Notes under the pieces: generated by a model
What the model was told of the DNA's origin: nothing
The model's database searches: none
What the model saw: the letters and a program-made list of their open reading frames with translations, nothing else
NCBI GenBank assembly: GCA_044229835.1
Contig: JBGASF010000001.1
Location: forward strand, 117,738 to 181,737
Source of the DNA: Polyangia bacterium
Lineage (GTDB): Bacteria; Myxococcota_A; Polyangia; Haliangiales; JADYYK01
Reading direction: 5' to 3'
DNA: 64,000 nt
In this document: positions 50,301 to 61,034 of the stretch, piece by piece
Numbering within the stretch: position 1 is the first letter of the stretch
How the letters are laid out: each line of letters starts with the position of its first letter
Position numbers and translations under genes: made by a program

Positions 50301-50677
50301 CGCTCGAGGGCGCCGAGCAGGCCTTCGGGCTGGCGGCGGCGTGGAGCCCGGATGGCGCGCTGGTGGCGACCTGTGGCTTCGACGGCGTGGCGCGGCTGTG
50401 GAGCGCGCAGGGTGGCGCCATGCTGCTGGCGCCGGTGGTTCACGGCGGCATGTGCGCCGCCATCGAGCTGGCGCAGGACCGGTTGATCACCGGGGGCAGC
50501 GATGGCGCCCGGCTCTGGACGTTGCCTGTGGAGCAACGTCCGGCGGCCGAGGTGGCGCGGGTGGTCGCCGCACACGTGCCGGCGCGCGTGCTGGCCGCGA
50601 CGTCCGGTGCTGGTGCTGGTGCTGGTGCTGGTGCTGGTGCTGGTGCTGGTGCTGGTGCTGCGCCCGGGGCGCGCTGA
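47318..50677 (+). CDS. Ser/Thr protein kinase with TM segment and C-terminal WD40 beta-propeller repeats
   Basis: Kinase motifs 'GGMGQIRTA', 'VAIKTL', 'HRDLKPHNVLV', 'DWGLAK', 'YMPPEQ'. TM 'VLVGAVALVALLALGALSL'. Multiple 'GH.D.V..L.FSPDG..LAT.S.D.TVRVWD' WD40 units. Ends in (GA)9. Confidence 0.92.
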   Translation: MADSVTRTGQGALADTASGVDPTGPTVASGVDPTGPTVASGVDPTGQTVASDAGAAGDLPRAFEVEPVAAGHYALGAEIARGGMGQIRTARDRRLGRTVAIKTLLPGASSELGERFEREARITARLMHPAIVPVYEAGRLADGQPFYAMKWVAGRSLEQVVRQTRTLRERLALLPAVITVVDAIAYAHSLRVIHRDLKPHNVLVGDFGETVVIDWGLAKDLGAGPGASAASAPALPYRAQGAGATRVGHVMGTVPYMPPEQAAGAEVDERADVYALGALLYHVLSGAPPYQGRDSDEVLEAVLRAPPRALAEAAPGVPPELATLVGAAMAREPERRPTARQLGEQLRRFETGQLVGGHSYSAWQLVKRWLGRHRTPVLVGAVALVALLALGALSLRGIVRERDRARRAEQGERASRLVAERERARAEAGLTALLTEQGRLALLEREPQQAAAALSAAYARGPASQGLGLMLAAALAPLEAERARFEAGGAVRLVRATDAGPVAWRADGAIASFSAGVVAGAGAGAGAGAGAPTVVRGGWVAADTLALSHDGRVLASARVGQPVALWDAHGGARLGELAEVPASGALVALSRDGGLVATASPLALHERGAPRARWRWAPGRAPELGPALEEITGLAFNADGSRLLVLDKSGVAALVDCTTGRVLQRYAHGPDLLLAGAISPRGLILATAARDGSVRVWGTEQALQVATLSGHRDAVSALAFSPDGALLATGSWDRTVRVWDAFSGALLVTLVGHDTLLVDVAFSASGAQLVSAARDGSVRVWDLARVLPRSVRHVATVSAATLSPDGALLATASSEDDPAGAVQLYDAVSAAPAGVLALPGGATRVRFSRDGGRIAAGGPSGLLRVWQVAGRQQLVEVACGAAIEALAFSPDGERLGCAAGGRVRLFGAADGAQMLEREAPGVSVLEWTHDGARLVTAGQGVEVADGRTGVVTQRWPLPALTGPGGALAPDGAQLVLTLADKSSGVLALGTGAWRALEGAEQAFGLAAAWSPDGALVATCGFDGVARLWSAQGGAMLLAPVVHGGMCAAIELAQDRLITGGSDGARLWTLPVEQRPAAEVARVVAAHVPARVLAATSGAGAGAGAGAGAGAGAGAAPGAR
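47368..47466. repeat. 33-nt tandem repeat x3 (ASGVDPTGPTV)
   Basis: GTCGGGGGTCGA(C/T)CCGACCGGGC(C/A)GACGGTGGC at 47368, 47401 and 47434. Confidence 0.95.
48872..48907. repeat. hexanucleotide microsatellite (GCTGGT)6, encodes (AG)n
   Basis: Perfect repeat read from the sequence, in-frame in the kinase/WD40 gene. Confidence 0.95.
50606..50659. repeat. hexanucleotide microsatellite (GGTGCT)9, encodes (GA)9 at the kinase C-terminus
   Basis: Perfect repeat read from the sequence, 16 nt before the stop codon. Confidence 0.95.
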
Positions 50678-50679
50678 GC

Positions 50680-51858
50680 GTGCGCGCGAGTGTGGCTGCT
50701 GCGGCGGTGGCGCTGCTGGTGCTGGCGGCGCTGGCCTGGACGCCTGCGTGCAGCCGGCAGCCGCGGACCGGCCGCGCTGCGCGGGCGGGCCATCCGGTCG
50801 ACGCCGGCGCTGTGGCGGCGGTACGGCGCGGCAGCTGGAGCGACGGACCGCTGTTCGAGGTCGCGCGCGGCGGCCACACCGCGACACTGCTGCCCGACGG
50901 TCGCGTGCTGCTGGTCGGCGGCAACGCCAATCTGCATGTGACCGAGCCATCCGGTGCCGAGATCTTCGATCCTGCGGGCAAGCTCGACGGCACGCTGTAC
51001 AAGCTGCCCCTGCGCATCGGGCATACCGCGACCCGGCTGCCGGATGGCCGAGTCCTCATCCTCGGCGGCCGCGAGAACGGCCTGCGCGCGGCCGCGAATC
51101 TGGTACTGGACGGCAGCACGATGACGCCGAGCATCCTGCCCTGGCGCGCGCCCGGCCACAGCGCGACGCCGATCGACGGTGGCGAGGTGCTGGTGCTCGG
51201 CGCCACGGACGAGCCCGATCCCGCCCTGCTGGTCGCTTCGGGTGTCGGCGTGGTGGTCGAGCTGAGGCAGTGGGCGCCGACGGTCCACACCGCCACCTGG
51301 CTCGGCGATGGGCGGATGCTGGTGGTCGGCGACCGCAGCGAGTCGGTGGGGATCATGGAGCCCGATCCCACCGGCCCCAGCCCGGGACCCGACACCGGTC
51401 GGCAGCGATTCGTTGCGCTGGTGGGCGCGCAGGGTCGCATGCGCCACCACGCCATCGCGCTGCTCGATGGGCGGGTGCTGGTCTTCGCGGGTTGCGCGCC
51501 GCCGAGCTGCGCGCGCGCTGCGCCCGCGCAGCTGTTCGACCCGCGCAGCGACCGCCTGACCGACAGCGCAGCGGCCGACCCCGCGCTGGTGGAGGCCATT
51601 GCGGTGCGTCTGCTCGATGGCCGCATCCTCATCGCGGGGGGCGCGCGGGTGGGCGACCCGCGCCAGACGCCTCGCGCAGAGGCCGAGCTCTACGATCCGG
51701 AGCGCGACCGCTGGTCGCCGGCGGCGCCGATGCGCGAACCGCGCAAGGGCGCCGCCGCGGTGGTGCTGACCGATGGTCGCGTGCTGGTCACCGGGGGCCA
51801 GGTGACCGCCGACGGCATGGACCCGTTCGTGCGATCGACCGAGATCTTCACGCCGTAG
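50680..51858 (+). CDS. secreted Kelch-repeat (beta-propeller) protein
   Basis: GTG 50680, 3 nt after the kinase stop (alternative GTG 50692). Hydrophobic N-terminus. Repeated 'GHTATLLPDGRVLLVGG', 'GHTATRLPDGRVLILGG', 'HHAIALLDGRVLVFAG' and 'AAAVVLTDGRVLVTGG' Kelch-like blades. Confidence 0.85.
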   Translation: MRASVAAAAVALLVLAALAWTPACSRQPRTGRAARAGHPVDAGAVAAVRRGSWSDGPLFEVARGGHTATLLPDGRVLLVGGNANLHVTEPSGAEIFDPAGKLDGTLYKLPLRIGHTATRLPDGRVLILGGRENGLRAAANLVLDGSTMTPSILPWRAPGHSATPIDGGEVLVLGATDEPDPALLVASGVGVVVELRQWAPTVHTATWLGDGRMLVVGDRSESVGIMEPDPTGPSPGPDTGRQRFVALVGAQGRMRHHAIALLDGRVLVFAGCAPPSCARAAPAQLFDPRSDRLTDSAAADPALVEAIAVRLLDGRILIAGGARVGDPRQTPRAEAELYDPERDRWSPAAPMREPRKGAAAVVLTDGRVLVTGGQVTADGMDPFVRSTEIFTP

Positions 51859-51868
51859 GGCCGGGCCG

Positions 51869-52489
51869 CTACGGCTCGACGCAGGTGCTGGTCACGGTGT
51901 CGCAGGTCAGTGGGGTCGGGCAGGCGCCGCCGCCCGGGCAGGTCGGGCGCTGGCACATGGCGCCCACGCAGGTGTACGGCGCCGGGCACGGCATGGCGAC
52001 GTTGCAGGTGCGCACCGCGCAGCGGCCCAGGGTGTCGCAGCGCATGCCGCGGTTGCACTGGGCGTCGCTGGTGCAGTCGCGGATGCAGGCGCCGAACTGC
52101 GAGCAGCTGGTGCCGCTCGGGCAGTCGTTGCCGCCCTGGGCGCAGCCCAGACAGATCCCGCCGGGGGCGCTGGTGGTGCACTGCGGGCTGGCGGTCATGC
52201 AGTCGGCGCTGCGCCGGCACTGCACGGCGAGGGTGCCGACCACGGTGGCGGCGTCGGCGCCGGTGGCGGCGTCGGCGCCGGTCGCGCCGTCGAGACCGGG
52301 TGCGCCGTCGCTCGCCGTGCTGCCGTCGCGCAGGGCGCCATCGCCGCTGGCGGCGGCGTCGCTGCCGGTGCTGCCGTCGCCGCTGGTTGCGCCATCGACC
52401 TGGCCGCCATTGCCGCCGCCGTCACCGCCACAACCGCACAGCGCTGCCAGGACCAGGGTGAGCACCGCGCGTCTCGAGAGCCTCATCAT
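51869..52489 (-). CDS. cysteine-rich secreted lipoprotein
   Basis: ATG 52489/52486. 'MRLSRRAVLTLVLAALCGC' lipobox, Gly/Asp/Ser/Ala low-complexity spacer, then ~110 aa with about 22 Cys. Confidence 0.75.
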   Translation of the reverse strand: MMRLSRRAVLTLVLAALCGCGGDGGGNGGQVDGATSGDGSTGSDAAASGDGALRDGSTASDGAPGLDGATGADAATGADAATVVGTLAVQCRRSADCMTASPQCTTSAPGGICLGCAQGGNDCPSGTSCSQFGACIRDCTSDAQCNRGMRCDTLGRCAVRTCNVAMPCPAPYTCVGAMCQRPTCPGGGACPTPLTCDTVTSTCVEP

Positions 52490-52524
52490 CGTGGCGCCGG
52501 GGTACCACATCTGGTCGGGCGCAG

Positions 52525-53220
52525 TCACGGGGGCAAGGCCAGGCCCAGCGCGCTGAACGGAGTAGTGAGCTCCTCGGGCAGCGGCGCGCTCAGCGTCAGG
52601 GTGGTGCCGCTGCCAGGATGCGGGAACGCCAGCGTCGCGGCGTGCAGGGCCAGCCGGCGCAGGCCGACGCGCGCGGCCAGCAGGCGGTTGAGGTCGCCGC
52701 GGCCATGGTTGGCGTCGCCGATGACGGGGTGGCCGAGGTGCTTGAGGTGGCGCCGCACCTGGTGCAGGCGACCGGTCTCGGGCCAGGCCTCGATGAGCGA
52801 GAAGCGCACCGTGCGTGGGCTGTCGGGCAGCTCGATCGGCGTCGACGCCGCCAGGGTGCGCCAGCGCGTGGCGGCGGGCACGCGGGGGCCGTCCTCGCTG
52901 CGCGGGATGGGGTGATCGATGCGCCCGGCGGCCTCGCGCGGGACGCCGCGCACCAGGGCGAGGTAGCGCTTGCTCACGGTGCCGGCCTCGAAGCTGCCGC
53001 CCAGCGCGCGCGCGCTGTCGGGCGACAGCGCGAGCACCAGCACCCCGCTGGTGCCGCGATCGAGGCGGTGCACCGGGTACACCATGCGGCCGAGCTGCGC
53101 GTGCAGCAGCGACAGCACCGAGTCGGCGTCGTCGGCCCAGCCGCGGTGCACGATGAGGCCCGACGGCTTGTCGATGGCGACCACGTCGTCGTCCTGGTGC
53201 AGCAGCGCGAGGCGGGTCAT
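52525..53220 (-). CDS. RluA-family pseudouridine synthase (TruC-like)
   Basis: ATG 53220. 'VVAIDKPSGLIVH', catalytic 'HRLDRGTSGVLVLA', 'TGRLHQVRRHL'. Confidence 0.88.
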   Translation of the reverse strand: MTRLALLHQDDDVVAIDKPSGLIVHRGWADDADSVLSLLHAQLGRMVYPVHRLDRGTSGVLVLALSPDSARALGGSFEAGTVSKRYLALVRGVPREAAGRIDHPIPRSEDGPRVPAATRWRTLAASTPIELPDSPRTVRFSLIEAWPETGRLHQVRRHLKHLGHPVIGDANHGRGDLNRLLAARVGLRRLALHAATLAFPHPGSGTTLTLSAPLPEELTTPFSALGLALPP

Positions 53221-53276
53221 GCGGGGCGGCAGGGTAGCAGGCCGGGCGCGGGAGAAAACCCGCCGAGAAATGGCCA

Positions 53277-53304
53277 TTGACAAAAAGCACGACCGTGCTA
53301 TTAG
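53277..53304 (+). promoter_or_regulatory. putative promoter with embedded TetR-type palindrome
   Basis: TTGACA (53277-82), 16 nt, TATTAG (53299-304). The spacer contains AGCACG-AC-CGTGCT (53286-53299). Confidence 0.45.
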
Positions 53305-53311
53305 TCGACGC

Positions 53312-53914
53312 ATGCAGAAGGGGACGCAGAAGGGCGAGGCGACACGGCAGGCCATCCTGGACCGGGCGGTCGGGCTGGCCAGCCAGCGCGGCCTGGGCGG
53401 CCTCAGCATCGGCGCCCTGGCCGAGGAGCTGGCGCTGTCCAAGAGCGGCCTGTTCGCGCACTTCAAGTCCAAGCAGGCGCTCGACCTGGCCACGCTGGAG
53501 CACGCCGCGGCGCGCTTCGTCGAGGCCGTCATCAAGCCGGTGCTCAAGGCCCCGCGTGGCGAGCGCCGGGTGCGCGCCATGTTCGAGCACTGGCGGCGCT
53601 GGCCGGCGACGAACCAGCTGGAAGGCGGCTGCTTCTTCATCGCCGCTGCCAGCGAGGTCGACGACCAGCCGGGTCCGGTGCGCGAGCTGCTCAAGCAGCA
53701 GCAGAAGGATCTGCTCGACACCATCGCCAGCGTGGTGCGCACCGCCATCCAGGAGGGCGACTTCCGAAAGGACGTCGACCCCGAGCAGTTCGCCTGGGAG
53801 CTCTATGGGGTCCTCCTGATCCTGCACATGTCGCAGCGGCTGCTCGATGATCCACGCGCCGAGGCCCGCGCCGAGACCGCGTTCGCCGCCATGCTGGAGC
53901 GCGCGCGCAAGTGA
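53312..53914 (+). CDS. TetR/AcrR family transcriptional regulator
   Basis: 'ATRQAILDRAVGLASQRGLGGLSIGALAEELALSKSGLFAHFKSKQAL' HTH. Start is ATG 53312 (alternative 53270, which would overlap the putative promoter). Confidence 0.88.
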   Translation: MQKGTQKGEATRQAILDRAVGLASQRGLGGLSIGALAEELALSKSGLFAHFKSKQALDLATLEHAAARFVEAVIKPVLKAPRGERRVRAMFEHWRRWPATNQLEGGCFFIAAASEVDDQPGPVRELLKQQQKDLLDTIASVVRTAIQEGDFRKDVDPEQFAWELYGVLLILHMSQRLLDDPRAEARAETAFAAMLERARK

Positions 53915-53964
53915 ACCCAGGCGCCGCCCCACGGCGGCGCCGCTGCACCAGAGGAGGCAGGTCC

Positions 53965-54999
53965 ATGTCGAAGTCGCAAGAAAAAAGCACGAACGTTCGT
54001 GCCGTGCCGCGCTGGCTGAAGCGCGGTCTGGCCGCCCTGGGGACGCTGTCGCCCGTGCTGGCCGGCCGGGTCGCGGCCCGCCTGTTCATGCGCGCGCCGC
54101 GGCGCTGGCGTGGTGACGCTGCCCAGGCCGCGCGCCTGGCCGCGGCCACCCGCTTCGAGGTCGCGCACGCCGGGCAGCACCTGGTGGCGTGGCGCTGGGG
54201 TGCCGCAGGCGCCCCGACCGTGCTGCTGGCCCACGGCTGGGGCGGCAGCGCGGCGCAGCTGACCGGGCTGGTCGGGCCGCTGGTGCACGCCGGCTACCAG
54301 GTGGTGGCGTTCGACGCCCCCGGGCATGGTGACTCACCGGGCACCCACAGCTCGCTGCCCGGCTTCGCGGCGGCGCTGACCAGCGTGGCGCGCGTGGCCG
54401 GGCCGCTGCACGCGGTGGTGGCGCACTCGATGGGTGGGGCGTCGACCTCGCTGGCCATCGCGCGCGGGCTGCGCGCCGGCCGCGCGGTGTTCCTGGCGCC
54501 GCCGGCGGACGCCCGGGTCTGGCTGCATGGCTTCGGCAAGCTGCTCGAGCTCGACGACGCCGTGCTGGGCGCGGCGCGCCGCCACCTGGAGGCGCAGCTG
54601 GCCATCGACTTCGACGACCTGACCGCGCCGGTGCTGGGGCCGCGGCTCGCGCTGCCGCTGCTGGTGCTGCACGATCGCGGCGACCGCGAGGTGCCCTGGC
54701 GCGACGGCGCCGAGACCGCCGCGCGCGCCCTGCAGGCGCAGCTCATCACCACCGAGGGGCTGGGCCACAAGCGCATCCTCGACAGCGGCCAGGTCCAGGA
54801 CGAGGTGGTGCGCTTCGTCAGCGCCGCCGCGCCCGCCACGGTGTGCAGCATCTGCGGGCGCACCTGCGAGGTGCCGGCCGGCGCCGGCGCGACCCCGCTG
54901 TGCCCACGCTGCGAGCTCGACCTCGAGCTGGGCGAGCGCGAGCGGCGCTGGAGCCAGCTCGGCGACCACGCCGACCACGGCGCGCTGCGCGCCGCCTGA
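53965..54999 (+). CDS. alpha/beta hydrolase with C-terminal zinc-ribbon-like tail
   Basis: RBS GAGGAGG, ATG 53965. 'LLAHGWGGSAAQL', nucleophile elbow 'AHSMGG', C-terminal 'CSICGRTC...CPRC'. Confidence 0.85.
   Translation: MSKSQEKSTNVRAVPRWLKRGLAALGTLSPVLAGRVAARLFMRAPRRWRGDAAQAARLAAATRFEVAHAGQHLVAWRWGAAGAPTVLLAHGWGGSAAQLTGLVGPLVHAGYQVVAFDAPGHGDSPGTHSSLPGFAAALTSVARVAGPLHAVVAHSMGGASTSLAIARGLRAGRAVFLAPPADARVWLHGFGKLLELDDAVLGAARRHLEAQLAIDFDDLTAPVLGPRLALPLLVLHDRGDREVPWRDGAETAARALQAQLITTEGLGHKRILDSGQVQDEVVRFVSAAAPATVCSICGRTCEVPAGAGATPLCPRCELDLELGERERRWSQLGDHADHGALRAA
53987..54002. promoter_or_regulatory. perfect 16-bp palindrome, candidate TetR operator inside the 5' end of the hydrolase gene
   Basis: GCACGAACGTTCGTGC. 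It shares the AGCACGA half-site with 53286-53299. Confidence 0.45.
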
Positions 55000-55005
55000 G
55001 CGCCC

Positions 55006-55677
55006 TCAGAAGGTCAGCGCGAACGCCAGCCCGGTGACGTCGCGGCCCACCAGGGGCGCGACCACGATGGGCGGCGAGCTGCGCGCCAGCGCCCAGCTCG
55101 CGCGCGGGTGGGTGTAGATGCTGAGCAGCGACACCGGGTAGCCCACCGCGACCGACAGCGCGCCCTGCTTCCAGCTGTCCTCGACCATGCCGAGGTAGAG
55201 CAGGCCGCCGGTGGTGACCAGGATGCTGCCGGCGTGCAGCATCCAGAACGAGCGCTTCTCGCGCCGCGCCGCCGCCGCCAGCGCGCGCTCGGAGGCCGCC
55301 AGATCCAGGCACGGATCGCCGGTCGGGGCCGGCGCCGGCGCGATGCTGAGCGGCAGCACCACGCGGGCCAGCGCGCCCATGGCGGCCTTGCCCCCGTTGA
55401 CATACAGCGCGACGTGCGCGGCCTCGCCGCTGCCGACCGGGGTGTAGTCCGCCATCGCGGAGCCTATCTGGGCCACCGCGACCACGCCGAAGAAGACGCC
55501 CCAGCCGATGTTCCAGCGCCGCGCCCGGCGCGCCTCGCGCCCGAGGTGCGCGCGCAGCCGGCTGTCGCGCAGCGCCGCATCGGGCCCACACTCGGCCGCG
55601 GCGGTGCGCGACAGCGCCGCCCCGCACAGGCCGAGCACCAGCAGCACACCGAGCCCCCGCCGTGCGCGCGTCGTCAC
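55006..55677 (-). CDS. hypothetical secreted/membrane protein
   Basis: GTG 55677. Signal-like 'RRGLGVLLVLGLCGAALSRTAAA', hydrophobic segments, C-terminal ...FALTF. Confidence 0.55.
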   Translation of the reverse strand: MTTRARRGLGVLLVLGLCGAALSRTAAAECGPDAALRDSRLRAHLGREARRARRWNIGWGVFFGVVAVAQIGSAMADYTPVGSGEAAHVALYVNGGKAAMGALARVVLPLSIAPAPAPTGDPCLDLAASERALAAAARREKRSFWMLHAGSILVTTGGLLYLGMVEDSWKQGALSVAVGYPVSLLSIYTHPRASWALARSSPPIVVAPLVGRDVTGLAFALTF

Positions 55678-55685
55678 GCCGCAGC

Positions 55686-56213
<528 letters not shown>

Positions 56214-56255
56214 GCCTCATGGTAGCCGCGAATCGGGACGTGGTACCGTCGAAAC

Positions 56256-58156
56256 ATGGGCAAACCAAGGATGTATCCGCGCCTGCTGGAGCCGATGGTG
56301 CGCGACGGCCGTGGCGGCAAGCTGCGCCCGGCGAGCTGGGACGAGGCGCTGGCGCGCGCCGCCGCCGGGCTGCGTGGCACGGTGGCCGCGCACGGCCCCG
56401 GCGCGGTCGGCATGTTCTCGTGCAGCAAGAGCACCAACGAGGTCAACTTCGCCGCGCAGAAGCTGGCCCGCGTGGCGCTGGGCACCAACAACATCGACTC
56501 GTGCAACCGAACATGACACGCGCCTAGCGTCGTCGGTCTGGCGACGGTGTTCGGGGCTGGTGGCGGCACCAGCTCGTATCAGGAGATCGAGGAGACCGAC
56601 GTCATCCTCCTGTGGGGATCGAACGCCCGCGAGACGCACCCCATCTTCTTTCACCACCTGCTCAAGGGGGTGAAGCGGGGCGCGCGCCTGTTCGCCATCG
56701 ATCCGCGGCGCACCTCGTCGGCGCAGTGGGCCGACGTGTGGCTGGGGCTGGACGTCGGCGCCGACGTCGCGCTGGCCAGCGCCATCGGGCGCGAGATCAT
56801 CGACGCCGGGCTGCACCACCGCGACTTCATCGAGCAGGCCACCAGCGGCTTTGCCGCCTACCAGGCCGCGGTCGCGCCGTGCACGCTGGCGTGGGCCGAG
56901 CGCGAGACCGGCGTGCCCGCGGGCGCCATCCGCGACCTGGCGCACGCCTATGCGCGCGCGCCACGCGCGATGATCTGCTGGACCCTGGGCATCACCGAGC
57001 ACCACAACGCGGTCGACAACGTGGTCTCGCTGATCGATCTGGCGCTGCTGTGCGGCCACGTCGGGCGCTGGGGCTCGGGGCTGAACCCGCTGCGCGGGCA
57101 GAACAACGTGCAGGGCGGCGGTGACATGGGCGCGCTGCCCGACCGGCTGCCCGGCTTCCAGCACGTCGAGAACGCCGCGCTGCGGGCGCCGTTCGAGCAG
57201 GCCTGGGGCGTCCCGGTGCCTGCGAAGAAGGGCCTGCACCTGAGCGGCATGTTCGACGCCATGGAGCACGGCACCCTGCGGGCGCTCTACGTGCTGGGCG
57301 AAAATCCGCTGCAGTCCGAGGCCGATCACGCCCGCGCGCGCCGCCTCATCGAGGGCCTCGACTTCCTGCTGGTGCAGGACCTGTTCATGACCCGCACCGC
57401 CGAGCTGGCCGACGTGGTGCTGCCCGCGGCGGCCGCCTTCTGCGAGAGCGAGGGCACCGTCACCAACAGCGAGCGCCGCGTGCAGCGCGTGCGCCGCGCG
57501 GTGGCGCCGCCAGGCCAGGCCCGCGACGACCTCGCCATCGTGTTCGACCTGGCGCGCGCGCTGGGCCACGACTGGGGTGCGCCCGACGCCCGCGCGGTGT
57601 GGGACGAGCTGCGCCGGCTGTCCCCGGTGCACGCTGGCATGAGCTATGCGCGGCTGGAGCGCGAGCACGGCCTGCAGTGGCCGTGCTTCGACGAGCAGCA
57701 CCCCGGCGAGATCTTCCTGCACAGCCGGCTGTGGGAGCGCCCGGTGCTGGGGCCGCGCGCGCCGTTCCAGGTCGTGCACCCGGCCGGCCCGGTCGACAAG
57801 CTGGACGCCGACTTCCCGCTGCGGCTGACGACCGGGCGCCGGCTTTCGGAGTACAACACGGGCGTGCAGACCGCGGCCTATGACAGCCCGCTCCGGCGCG
57901 GCGAGCGCATCGAGGTGTCGCCCGAGGATGCGGCGCGGCTGGGCTTCGCAGATGGCGAGGTGGTGCGGGTGCGCTCGCGGCGTGGGGCGGTGCTGGCGCC
58001 GCTGCACGTCGAGCCGGCGCTGAGGCCGGGGCTGACCTTCATGACGTTCCACTTCCCTGACGACGTCGCGACCAACCTCTTGACCATCGACGCCACCGAT
58101 CCGCGCTCGGGCACGGCGGAGTTCAAGGCGTCGGCGATCAGGCTCGAGCGCCCGTA

Positions 58157-58157
<1 letters not shown>
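56256..58157 (+). CDS. formate dehydrogenase catalytic (Mo/W-bisPGD) polypeptide, selenocysteine-containing (TGA at 56514-56516 read through), lacking the N-terminal Fe-S domains
   Basis: ORFs 56256..56516 and 56547..58157 are in the same frame, separated only by one TGA. Context 'NNIDSCNRT-U-HAPSVVGL' matches the FDH active-site motif (C/U-H-x-P-S). Downstream molybdopterin oxidoreductase and dinucleotide-binding domains are present ('GENPLQSEAD', 'FMTFHFPD'). Confidence 0.85.
56517..56550 (+). promoter_or_regulatory. SECIS-like hairpin downstream of the in-frame UGA
   Basis: Stem (C)GUCGUC / GGCGAC(G) at 56528-56546 with apical loop GGUCU. It starts 12 nt after the UGA and resembles the E. 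coli fdhF SECIS apex (GGUC). Confidence 0.6.
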
Positions 58158-60069
<1,912 letters not shown>

Positions 60070-60073
<4 letters not shown>

Positions 60074-60978
60074 GCGACGACGAGATCTACTTCAACCCGC
60101 CGCCGCGCTCCGCGCACACGCCGACGGCGCCGGCGCGCCCGACCCCGATCCCGATCGAGGTCTCCATCGACGGCCGCCCCATCAGCGTCCCCACCGGCGC
60201 CACCTTGCTCGACGCCTGCAGCGCGGCCGGGGTCGACACCCCGACGCTGTGCTTCGCCTCCACGCTGACCCCGGTCAACGCCTGCCGCGTCTGCGTGGTC
60301 GAGCTCGAGGGCGCGCGCACCCTGGTGCCCGCCTGCGCGCGCAAGGCCGAGCCCGGCATGAAGGTCCTGACCGACTCGCCGCGCGTGCGCCTCAGCCGCA
60401 AGGTCGTGCTCGAGCTGCTGGGCTCCTCGGTCGACCTGTCCACCGCGCCCGACCTCGTGCGCTGGCAGCAGCGCTACGCCGCGCGCCCGGCCCGCTTCGG
60501 CTCCGGCGCCACCGTGGCGCGGCCGACCAAGGTCGACAACGCCCTCTACGTGCGCGACTACGGCAAGTGCGTGCTCTGCTACAAGTGCGTCGAGGCCTGC
60601 GGCACCGACGCCCAGCACACCTTCGCCATCGCGGTCGCCGGGCGCGGCTTTGACGCCCACATCTCGACCGAGGCCGACGTGCCGCTGCCCGACTCGGCCT
60701 GCGTCTACTGCGGCAACTGCATCCAGGTCTGCCCCACCGGCGCGCTGATGTTCAAGACCGAGCACGATCTGCGCGCCGCCGGGCGCTGGGATCCGGCCGC
60801 GCAGACCCACACCGACACCATCTGCCCCTACTGCGGCGTCGGCTGCACCTTGACCCTGACCGTGCAGGACCAGCGCATCGTCAAGGTGATGTCGCCGCCC
60901 GACGCCCCGGTCACGCGCGGAAACCTGTGCATCAAGGGCCGTTTCGGCACCACCTTCGTCGGGCCCGAGGGCGGTTGA
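60070..60978 (+). CDS. Fe-S polypeptide equivalent to the N-terminal third of FdsA/NuoG (2Fe-2S, 2x[4Fe-4S] ferredoxin, molybdopterin-type 4Fe-4S domain)
   Basis: ATGA overlap with the upstream gene. 'IDGRPISVPTGATLLDACSAAGVDTPTLCF...NACRVCVVEL'. 'CVLCYKCVEAC' and 'CVYCGNCIQVCPTGAL'. It ends with 'ICPYCGVGCTLTLTV...GNLCIKGRFG', the cluster domain that normally precedes the catalytic domain in the same chain. Confidence 0.88.
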
Positions 60979-61034
60979 CCCGGGTGTGACCGGCGTCGCT
61001 GCCTGGCGCGGGCTTCACGCTATGCTGTGCAGCC

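Noticed and set aside
48959-50950. 663-aa minus-strand ORF opposite the WD40 region, and 49657..51858 upstream part
   Set aside because: Arg/Pro/Gln-rich off-frame translation. WD40 and Kelch repeats are clear in the plus-strand frames.
56514-56516. TGA treated as a genuine stop, giving a split or pseudogenised formate dehydrogenase
   Set aside because: The frame continues without another stop. The TGA falls exactly at the Sec/Cys active-site position and a SECIS-like hairpin follows, so selenocysteine recoding is the better explanation.
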